Assembly: GCA_963702205.1 (NCBI GenBank)
Contig: OY969724.1
Coordinates: 3,296,001-3,360,000, forward strand
From: an uncultured candidate division Zixibacteria bacterium
GTDB lineage: Bacteria > Zixibacteria > MSB-5A5 > GN15 > PGXB01
Length of the DNA: 64,000 bases
Reading direction: 5' to 3'
Numbering within the stretch: position 1 is the first letter of the stretch; every line of letters starts with the position of its first letter. This document shows, piece by piece, positions 1 to 7,263 of the stretch. The position numbers were made by a program, and so were the translations under genes. The notes beneath the pieces are model-generated. The model saw nothing but the letters and a program-made list of their open reading frames with translations, ran no database searches and was not told where the DNA came from.

Positions 1-44
1 TGGGCGACCCGATCCAATGCCCGGATTAAAATATACGTCGTGAT

Positions 45-93
45 CGGTGGGTCCTCAGACCCACCGCCAACCCGGTCGATCTGAGGATCGACC
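45..93. repeat. Pair of oppositely oriented REP-like hairpins (REPIN-like doublet)
   Basis: CGGTGGGTC-CTCA-GACCCACCG (45-66) and GGTCGATC-TGAG-GATCGACC (74-93) share a TCCTCAGA core in inverted orientation. Confidence 0.7.
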
Positions 94-150
94 CTTCAAT
101 ATTCAGGCCAGGCCGGGCACAACGCAAGAAAGATCGGCTGGATCCGGTGC

Positions 151-170
151 CCCACCACTTTAGTGGTGGG
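151..170. repeat. Perfect hairpin resembling IS200/IS605-type subterminal or REP palindrome
   Basis: CCCACCACT-TT-AGTGGTGGG. Confidence 0.55.
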
Positions 171-192
171 ATGTCTTTGGAATGAGAAGAAT

Positions 193-245
193 GTCACGCC
201 GCCCTTCGCTAGGCTCAGGACCTTCGGCGAGTCGGCGTGACCTAC
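193..245 (-). repeat. GTAG-type REP palindrome with a nested insert
   Basis: Minus strand reads GTAG-GTCACGCCG...CGGCGTGAC; the loop contains a CCTTCG direct repeat (203-208, 221-226) around CTAGGCTCAGGA. Confidence 0.6.
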
Positions 246-249
246 GGGA

Positions 250-1341
250 TTATTTATGTCTATTGTACTTTGCTATCTTAGACTGGTCGGTAAGAATATC
301 TCCTTTTTTCGTAATTAGCACCAACGAGCAATCCTTTTTATCATCAATTTTGGGGAAACTGTTCAGCGATTTTCCTGCCGGTTTTGCGATGGTCCCCGTG
401 TAACCAATATATTTTAAGCTGTTATCATTGTTGAAAACAAATTGTATCATTATAGTTTTGGTGTTCGGTGAATTACTGGCCGCATTCCATCCTGAAAAAT
501 AAATCCCCAAGTCATTATATTCTCGAGGAATAGGTTTGAAGCTAAACTCTAGTTCAATGATGTCGCCTTTATGGATTGAGTATCCTATTGGATCGGGATA
601 AGATAATATTTTTATGCCTTTGGTGCTTAGATGGATATCGACTCCGCCATCCGAGTCAGCGTTTGCTCTGAGTATGAAGTGAATAGAAGAAGTGTCATTA
701 ATCTTCGGTGGCGGTGAGATATAATAATTGTAAGAGAAACCCCGGTCCAGATGCGGTTGATTTATGCCCTGAATAAATAGCGTGTCTTTGTTTTTATCGA
801 AAAATGATACTTTAGATGACTCGCAATGTATTGCCAGAGGCTTATATTCTCCACAATATTGCAATAATCCATCTTCATCAAAACAATATGAAAACGATAT
901 TCCGCTTATCGGGCTTAAGTAACACCTGTCTTGATTGAGTCTATATAAATATAGTCCGATATTCCAGGTCCCAGATTTTAAAGGCTGAAGTTCAAACGAA
1001 CCAGTAAATTTATCTCCTTTTTTATGCGGACCCGGCCAGGCAAAAAGCGTATCACCAATTATCCGGCTGCCATTTTCACCAAAATCCAGCTTCAATTCCC
1101 AATCCTGGTCGAGATAATACTTATGGTCGTTTATGATCTCGATTTCATAATTTACCTTTGATATTTTATCCGGGGACAAGGCCGGCTCTATCTTGAAACT
1201 CCCAATAAATGGTTTGAGTTCAGGGCCTATTCCATTTGGGAAAAGTTGTGTCGTATCCGCAATATATTGATTAACATCGGCTCCTATCGCCAAGCCGCCG
1301 TATATTGTCAGTAAAAAAAGTAATAATATTCTCACAACCAC
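250..1341 (-). CDS. Hypothetical secreted protein with two tandem beta-rich (Ig-like) repeats
   Basis: 363-aa ORF; N-terminal signal peptide; internal duplication (HKKGDKFTGSFELQP / IHKGDIIELEFSFKP; FDEDGLLQYCG / FNNDNSLKYIG); visibly AT-rich. Confidence 0.7.
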   Translation of the reverse strand: MVVRILLLFLLTIYGGLAIGADVNQYIADTTQLFPNGIGPELKPFIGSFKIEPALSPDKISKVNYEIEIINDHKYYLDQDWELKLDFGENGSRIIGDTLFAWPGPHKKGDKFTGSFELQPLKSGTWNIGLYLYRLNQDRCYLSPISGISFSYCFDEDGLLQYCGEYKPLAIHCESSKVSFFDKNKDTLFIQGINQPHLDRGFSYNYYISPPPKINDTSSIHFILRANADSDGGVDIHLSTKGIKILSYPDPIGYSIHKGDIIELEFSFKPIPREYNDLGIYFSGWNAASNSPNTKTIMIQFVFNNDNSLKYIGYTGTIAKPAGKSLNSFPKIDDKKDCSLVLITKKGDILTDQSKIAKYNRHK

Positions 1342-1342
1342 C

Positions 1343-2113
1343 TCACCCCTTCGCTTCCTGCCACCAGGATTCCAGTTCGTCGAGCGAAAACTCGGAGAAA
1401 CCTTTGCCGGACTCGCGGACTTTGTCTTCGATATAATTGAAACGCTTCTGGAATTTCAATAGTGTACGGTTCAGCGCCTGTTCGGGGTTTATGTCCAGCT
1501 TACGGGCCAGCGATGATATCGCAAACAGCACGTCGCCGATTTCGTCTTCGAGTTCGTCCTTACCGCCGTTGTGTATCTCATGCTCGATCTCGCCGATCTC
1601 TTCTTTGATTTTGTCGAGCACGTCGGACGGCTTGTTCCAGTCGAACCCGACCCCGCCGGCCTTCTCCCCGAACCGGAACGCCTTCACCAGCGCCGGGGCG
1701 GATTTGGGAATGCCGTTGATAACCGATTTCTTCTCCCCCGATTCGACCTTGATTTTCTCCCACTGGTCCCGCACCTCCTGCGGATTCAGGTCTTTCTTCT
1801 CACCGAAGACATGCGGGTGACGGTGAATCAATTTGGCGTTGATCGCGTCGAGAGAGTCATCGATATTGAACCTCCCCTCCTCCTCGGCGATCTGCGCGTG
1901 GAAGGCGATCTGGCAAAACAGGTCGCCCAGCTCTTCTTTGAGGTCGTCGTCGGATTCGTTTTCAATGGCTTCGACCACTTCGTAGGTTTCTTCGACGAGG
2001 TACGGCAGCAGGCTTTTGTGCGTCTGCTTGCGGTCCCAGTTGCAGCCGCCGGGAGCGCGCAAAGTGGCCATAATTTTCCGTAACTTCATAAACGGCGTAA
2101 GGTTATCAAACAT
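1343..2113 (-). CDS. mazG: Nucleoside triphosphate pyrophosphohydrolase MazG
   Basis: LRAPGGCNWDRKQT, EETYE, EELGD, RHPHVF and a second EEIGE/DEIGD domain; start moved to ATG 2113, which follows an AAGAGG RBS. Confidence 0.95.
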   Translation of the reverse strand: MFDNLTPFMKLRKIMATLRAPGGCNWDRKQTHKSLLPYLVEETYEVVEAIENESDDDLKEELGDLFCQIAFHAQIAEEEGRFNIDDSLDAINAKLIHRHPHVFGEKKDLNPQEVRDQWEKIKVESGEKKSVINGIPKSAPALVKAFRFGEKAGGVGFDWNKPSDVLDKIKEEIGEIEHEIHNGGKDELEDEIGDVLFAISSLARKLDINPEQALNRTLLKFQKRFNYIEDKVRESGKGFSEFSLDELESWWQEAKG

Positions 2114-2210
2114 ATTCGATTTTTCCTCTTGTCTCGCAACAATTTGACGATATTTAACCTTAATACGAAGGCATATACCCAATATTGCGACTTTTTGGCT
2201 TTCCGTCAAC

Positions 2211-2238
2211 TTGACAAACAGGTATTTTTGGGTATAAT
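2211..2238 (+). promoter_or_regulatory. Sigma70 promoter of valS
   Basis: TTGACA-N16-TATAAT. Confidence 0.8.
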
Positions 2239-2276
2239 CCAAGGTTTATATGCTAAAATATAAACGGATTTAGATT

Positions 2277-4949
2277 ATGGCAACAGAGATAAAGACAAAA
2301 CCGAAGGGCAAGGCCTACGATCCCAAGGCGGTCGAGGACCGGCTTTATGAAAAATGGCTGTCGGCCGGATATTTCAAAGGCAACCCGGACAGCGACAAGA
2401 AGGCCTATTCAATTGTCATCCCACCGCCGAATGTCACCGACATTCTGCACCTCGGCCACGCTCTGAACAATACCATTCAGGATATACTGGTTCGCCAGAA
2501 GCGGATGAACGGCTACGAGGGTGAATGGCTGCCGGGTGCGGATCACGCCGGTATCGCCACCCAGGTCGTGGTCGAAAAGCAGTTGGCCGCCGAGGGCACT
2601 ACCCGCCGTGAACTGGGCCGCGAAAAATTCCACGAACGCACCGCCAAATGGGCCTATCGCAATAAAGAGATAATCCTCGGACAGCTGAAAAAGCTCGGCT
2701 GCTCGGCCGACTGGGACCGGACTCGGTTTACGATCGACGACGCCATGTCCGATGCCGTCCGCGATGTTTTCATACACCTCTACGAAAAAGACCTGATCTA
2801 CCGAGGGCACCGCATCGTCAACTGGTGTCCATCGTGTCTGACGTCGATCTCCGACGACGAAGTCGAGCACGTCGACAAAGACGGCAACCTGTGGTACATC
2901 AGGTATAAGATAAAAGGGTCCGATGAATTCCTGACGGTCGCGACGACTCGTCCGGAAACGATGCTCGGCGACACGGCGCTGGCGGTCAATCCCAAAGATA
3001 CGAAGTACAAAAAATATGTCGGCAAGACGGCCATATTGCCGATTCTCGAACGGGAACTGCCGATCATCGCCGACGGTTACGTCGACCCGCAGTTCGGCAC
3101 GGGAGTGGTTAAAGTCACCCCGGCCCATGACCCCAACGACTTTGAGATCAGTCTGCGTCACGACCTGAAGGAAATCAATATTCTCAACATCGACGGTACC
3201 CTCAACGCCGAAGCCGGCAAGTTCAAGGGCCTGGATCGTTACGAAGCCCGCAAAAAGCTGGTGACCGAACTGGAAAAGAAAGGGCATCTGGAAAAAATAG
3301 AAAAACACGACCTCGCCGTCGGTACCTGCTATCGCTGCCACAAAGAAATCGAACCGTACCTTTCGGAGCAGTGGTTCGTGCGCATGGCTCCGCTGGCCAA
3401 ACCGGCGGTCGAAGCGGTCAAGAGCGGCAAGCTTTGCTTCCACCCGGAGCACTGGTCCAAGACTTACCTGCACTGGATGGAAAACATCCGCGACTGGTGC
3501 ATCTCGCGCCAGCTCTGGTGGGGGCACCGCATTCCGGTGTACTATTGCGAGGACTGCGGCGAAATCATGGTCGCCCGGGAAATGCCGGAAAAATGCACCA
3601 AGTGCGGCGAAAGCAAGATTGTGCAGGACGAAGATGTCCTCGATACCTGGTTTTCCTCATGGCTCTGGCCGTTTTCCACTTTCGGATGGCCGGACAAAGA
3701 TGATCCGATGCTTATAAAGTTTTATCCAACCAACGTCCTCGTGACCGCCCACGAAATCATTTTCCTCTGGGTGGCGCGGATGGTTATGGCCGGTTATGAA
3801 TTCATGGGCGAACTGCCGTTCACCGACGTTTATATCCACGGCATCGTCCGCGATTCCAACGGGATTAAAATGTCAAAATCGCTCGGAAACGGAATCGACC
3901 CGCTGGAAATTATCGCAAAGCACGGCGCCGATTCTCTGCGCTACAGCCTGCTCCTGGCGACGCCCGATGGACAGGACCCGTGGATTTCCAAAAATACCTT
4001 CGAGATCGGACGGAATTTTGTCAACAAGATATATCAGGTGTCGCGGTTTGTAATGATGCGCCTCGGTGAGCAGCAATTCGATTATAATGATTTCAAAGAA
4101 GATGACCTGATTCTCGTCGACCGCTGGATTCTATCGCGCCTGACCAATACCATCGCAACCATCAATCGCAATTTCGCCGAGTTTCGGTTGTCGGCGGCGG
4201 CCAAAGCGCTTTATAGCTTCGTCTGGAACGACTACTGCTCGTGGTACGTCGAGCTTATTAAGCCGGATGCTCCGGATCTGCCAATACGCGAGACATCACT
4301 TAAGGTGGCCGTCTACACGCTGGACAAGATTCTAAAGCTTCTCCAGCCGTTTATTCCGTTTGTTACCGAAGAAATCAACTCCGATTTGCGGGAGAGATTT
4401 CCGTCGAATCCGGAGACGCTCTTCTTTGGCCCGTGGCCGCAGGAACTGGCCAAGTACAAAGATGAATCGCTGGAAAACTCGCTGGAATCGATTCAGGCCG
4501 TCGTAAATGCCGTACGCTCGGTTCGAGCCGAGATGAATGTCCCGCCGGGCAAACGATCTGATTTATATATTCGTGTGGCCAACGCCGACCTGGCCGAAGT
4601 GCTCGAAAGCTATCAGGATTATTTCCGGTCGCTGGCCAAGATTGAAAAGCTGCATATCGGTCCCAAGATCAAAAAGCCGGGGCTGTCGGCATCGGCGGTT
4701 ATCTCGGGTGCGGAGATATTTATTCCTCTCGAGGGCTTGATCAACATCGATTCCGAAAAGGTCCGTCTCGAAAAAGAGCTCAAGAACCTGAAAGGGCATT
4801 TGGAAAACCTGTCCAAAAAGCTGGCCAATGCCGACTTTTTGAAAAACGCCCCCGACGATGTCATCGAAAAAGAACGCATGCGCAAAGCCGATATCGAAGA
4901 CCGGGTCGAAAAGCTCAATAAAAATCTGGAACAACTCATGGGCTGGTAA
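2277..4949 (+). CDS. valS: Valine--tRNA ligase
   Basis: PPPNVT..LHLGH, KMSKS, DWCISRQLWWGH, C-terminal coiled coil. Confidence 0.98.
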   Translation: MATEIKTKPKGKAYDPKAVEDRLYEKWLSAGYFKGNPDSDKKAYSIVIPPPNVTDILHLGHALNNTIQDILVRQKRMNGYEGEWLPGADHAGIATQVVVEKQLAAEGTTRRELGREKFHERTAKWAYRNKEIILGQLKKLGCSADWDRTRFTIDDAMSDAVRDVFIHLYEKDLIYRGHRIVNWCPSCLTSISDDEVEHVDKDGNLWYIRYKIKGSDEFLTVATTRPETMLGDTALAVNPKDTKYKKYVGKTAILPILERELPIIADGYVDPQFGTGVVKVTPAHDPNDFEISLRHDLKEINILNIDGTLNAEAGKFKGLDRYEARKKLVTELEKKGHLEKIEKHDLAVGTCYRCHKEIEPYLSEQWFVRMAPLAKPAVEAVKSGKLCFHPEHWSKTYLHWMENIRDWCISRQLWWGHRIPVYYCEDCGEIMVAREMPEKCTKCGESKIVQDEDVLDTWFSSWLWPFSTFGWPDKDDPMLIKFYPTNVLVTAHEIIFLWVARMVMAGYEFMGELPFTDVYIHGIVRDSNGIKMSKSLGNGIDPLEIIAKHGADSLRYSLLLATPDGQDPWISKNTFEIGRNFVNKIYQVSRFVMMRLGEQQFDYNDFKEDDLILVDRWILSRLTNTIATINRNFAEFRLSAAAKALYSFVWNDYCSWYVELIKPDAPDLPIRETSLKVAVYTLDKILKLLQPFIPFVTEEINSDLRERFPSNPETLFFGPWPQELAKYKDESLENSLESIQAVVNAVRSVRAEMNVPPGKRSDLYIRVANADLAEVLESYQDYFRSLAKIEKLHIGPKIKKPGLSASAVISGAEIFIPLEGLINIDSEKVRLEKELKNLKGHLENLSKKLANADFLKNAPDDVIEKERMRKADIEDRVEKLNKNLEQLMGW

Positions 4950-4963
4950 CCGAGATTACCGAA

Positions 4964-5003
4964 AATAAAAAAACCCCCGACCAAAGCCGGGGGTTTTTTT
5001 ATT
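4964..5003. terminator. Bidirectional intrinsic terminator
   Basis: AATAAAAAAACCCCCG-loop-CGGGGGTTTTTTTATT between convergent genes. Confidence 0.9.
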
Positions 5004-5014
5004 CAAAATTTTTC

Positions 5015-5473
5015 TCAATTACCTTTGTTAAACTCGCCAATATAGTCCTGAATAGCCCGCGCGCCGACGGCATCGGGGTACGATGAAATCTCCACGGGAA
5101 TAAAATGATCTGTTGCCTGCGGAAAATATTCTTTGCAAAAACCATTAATTTGCTGTCCAAGCCGCCTGGCGGCAGCCTCTGCCCCCTGACGCGAGGTCTC
5201 GGGAAGCAACAGCCCGACTTTTATGTTGTTGCTGTTTGAAATGGCGTCGATCTCGCGAACAGTATGGCCAATAAATGAGCGGATATCGGAAAGAAATTTC
5301 TCCCTAATTTCTTCTTCGGTCACACCGGCACTTCCGCCTCTATCGACGACGGGTCCGAGATTGAAAATCAGCAGGGATAAAAAAATGCGGTATCGCTCCG
5401 CCCGTTTTAGTTCATACTCTATTCGTGAGGCAAAGTCATGTTCTATCAGTGCTGCCATTTTATGCTCAAACAT
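5015..5473 (-). CDS. Stand-alone degenerate GGDEF-domain protein with intact RxxD I-site
   Basis: ELKRAERY..LSLLIF, VREID, LLLPET..GA..AA.RL match the GGDEF fold; GGDEF motif replaced by SNNIK; ATG 5473 preferred over TTG 5482. Confidence 0.75.
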   Translation of the reverse strand: MFEHKMAALIEHDFASRIEYELKRAERYRIFLSLLIFNLGPVVDRGGSAGVTEEEIREKFLSDIRSFIGHTVREIDAISNSNNIKVGLLLPETSRQGAEAAARRLGQQINGFCKEYFPQATDHFIPVEISSYPDAVGARAIQDYIGEFNKGN

Positions 5474-5530
5474 GTTTATCAAATCTTACGCACTTCGCAG
5501 TTAATTTATACATTTATACAACCACCATAT

Positions 5531-5547
5531 AAGCAATTTTCGTTCCA
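5531..5547 (-). promoter_or_regulatory. Sigma54 -24/-12 promoter
   Basis: Minus strand TGGAACGAAAATTGCTT; GG-N10-GC; one mismatch to TGGCACG-N4-TTGCW. Confidence 0.8.
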
Positions 5548-5683
5548 TATATCACAATATATACTTTATAATCGTATAATAGATATATATATCTATTATA
5601 ACGGCCGGAGCGCCTGTAAGCGAGCGGGTTAGAGGCATAAATCTTTTCCTTGCACAAACTTGCCGCCATAAAGTCGATGAGGT

Positions 5684-5696
5684 TATCAACAATTTG
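5684..5696. promoter_or_regulatory. IHF-consensus site
   Basis: TATCAACAATTTG fits WATCAA-N4-TTR and lies between the putative enhancer and the sigma54 promoter. Confidence 0.45.
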
Positions 5697-5708
5697 ATAG
5701 AAATGCAC

Positions 5709-5733
5709 TGCACAATATATGCATAATTTTGCA
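5709..5733. promoter_or_regulatory. Putative enhancer (bEBP operator), copy 1
   Basis: TGC-N8-TGCA-N6-TGCA; same spacing recurs at 7236-7260. Confidence 0.6.
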
Positions 5734-5762
5734 TGCAATCGGTCGATAAATGCGCAGGAAAT

Positions 5763-7172
5763 TTATTTTGTGGAATTAAGATTGTAGTCTTTAATTTTAT
5801 ACAAAAGAGAGCGATAGCTTATTTCGAGAATATCGGCGGCCTTGCGACGGTTCCAATTGACGCTGTTTAGAACGTCCCGGATCAGCCGTTTCTCCTCACG
5901 CGCTATGGCCGCGCCGACTCTTTTCTTGAGAGAGAATGTCCCGGCCAGTTCCGGATCGCTGTCGAGATCATCAGCTTCCGCCTGGGCATTTCGTACGGTG
6001 TGTCCCGATGACCCGTTGGACAGGTCCTCGGCAATAGATTCATCGCCGCGCACAACAATCTGCTTGATAAGATTCTCAAGTTGACGGACATTACCCGGCC
6101 AGTTGAACCCGACCATTTTTGCCATGGTGTCAGGCGACAACGGCGGAGCTTCTTTTTGATAAAGCTGATTGTACTTTTCGATAAAATGATTTATTAAAAG
6201 GGAAACATCTTCTTTTCTTTCCCTGAGCGGCGGCAGCGTGATGGTAATTTCATTGAGACGATAAAACAGATCGTCGCGGAATTCATTACGGCCGATGGCT
6301 TCATCGAGATTTTTATTAGTGGCACAGATAATTCGCACGTCGACGTGGATATTGTTTATCCCGCCGACCCTGACAAATTCCTGCTGCTCCAGAACCTGCA
6401 GCAGCTTCGATTGCAGTTCCAGTGGCATATCGCCGATTTCATCGAGGAATATCGAACCCTTGTTGGCCACCTCGAAACGCCCCGGTTTGGTCTTGTGGGC
6501 CCCGGTGAAGGCGCCTTTCTCGTAACCGAACAGCTCGGCTTCGAGAAGATCGCGCGGTATGGCCGCGCAGTTGACCTTGGTGAACGGCTGGTCAGAGCGT
6601 CCGGACATCGCGTGCAGCATGCGTGCGACTATTTCCTTACCGGTCCCGGATTCACCGCGAATCAACACCGACAATTCCGAATCGGCCACCTGCTCGACGA
6701 TGTCTTTAACTTTGACCATCTTGGAGGAATCGCCGATAAATTTTTCGTGGGAATTACGGGCCTTAAGCTCGGTTTTAAGAACCCTGACTTCGTCTTTAAG
6801 CCTGGTCTTGTCCAGAATGGTCTGGATATGCAGCTCGACTTCTTTGACATCGAACGGCTTGTTGATAAACTCAGCCGCACCCAGATGAATCGACTCGACA
6901 ATATTCTTGGTCTCGCCGTGACCGGACAGCATGATGATTTCGGGCCGGTCTTCCAGACGACCCAGCTTTTCAAGGACTTCCAGACCGGTCATGCCCGGCA
7001 TCTTGATATCCAGAAGAATCAGATCGGGCTTTTCGGTGGACACCATTTGAATACCCTCGATCCCGTCGCGGGCCGAGGTTATTTCATATCTTGACGGAAG
7101 CCCCTCCGAAAGAATCCACGAAACCTTGGGGTCATCGTCGATAACCAGTATTTTTGTCTTGTCTTTTTTCAT
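5763..7172 (-). CDS. NtrC/AtoC-family sigma54-dependent response regulator (REC-AAA+-HTH)
   Basis: DDD/D/K receiver; GESGTGKE; GAFTGA; FLDEIG; WPGNVRQL; Fis-type HTH. Confidence 0.95.
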   Translation of the reverse strand: MKKDKTKILVIDDDPKVSWILSEGLPSRYEITSARDGIEGIQMVSTEKPDLILLDIKMPGMTGLEVLEKLGRLEDRPEIIMLSGHGETKNIVESIHLGAAEFINKPFDVKEVELHIQTILDKTRLKDEVRVLKTELKARNSHEKFIGDSSKMVKVKDIVEQVADSELSVLIRGESGTGKEIVARMLHAMSGRSDQPFTKVNCAAIPRDLLEAELFGYEKGAFTGAHKTKPGRFEVANKGSIFLDEIGDMPLELQSKLLQVLEQQEFVRVGGINNIHVDVRIICATNKNLDEAIGRNEFRDDLFYRLNEITITLPPLRERKEDVSLLINHFIEKYNQLYQKEAPPLSPDTMAKMVGFNWPGNVRQLENLIKQIVVRGDESIAEDLSNGSSGHTVRNAQAEADDLDSDPELAGTFSLKKRVGAAIAREEKRLIRDVLNSVNWNRRKAADILEISYRSLLYKIKDYNLNSTK

Positions 7173-7235
7173 ATTTACAGGACTTATATATTTATCGTCA
7201 ATGGATGTGAAAAATCAAGCCATTTGTTAAATTTA

Positions 7236-7260
7236 TGCTATTTTTTTGCAACATATTGCA
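7236..7260. promoter_or_regulatory. Putative bEBP operator, copy 2 (autoregulatory position)
   Basis: TGCTATTTTTTTGCAACATATTGCA upstream of the activator gene. Confidence 0.55.
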
Positions 7261-7263
7261 GGA

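Noticed and set aside
182..403. 73-aa plus-strand ORF
   Set aside because: It starts within REP repeats and runs antisense into the 250-1341 gene
2114..2242. N-terminal extensions in the ORF track for mazG (also accD 12876-12956, purM 50178-50204, rsmA 53400-53522)
   Set aside because: They overlap promoters or neighbouring genes; downstream ATGs match family N-termini
2409..3527. 372-aa antisense ORF, and similar long ones at 14243-15331, 22496-23371, 31587-32705, 35521-36630 and 53149-54348
   Set aside because: They lie opposite well-conserved genes, have no recognisable motifs, and are expected shadow ORFs from codon bias
5575..5600. Palindrome as a dif or protelomerase site
   Set aside because: Does not match XerC/XerD arms, and no recombinase or telomere resolvase gene is nearby
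5651..5669. Alternative sigma54 box CGGCAAGTTTGTGCA (minus strand)
   Set aside because: GG-to-GC spacing is 9 rather than 10
5438..5738. Short ORFs in the AT-rich intergenic region
   Set aside because: The region is occupied by the sigma54 promoter, palindrome and enhancer motifs; translations are low complexity
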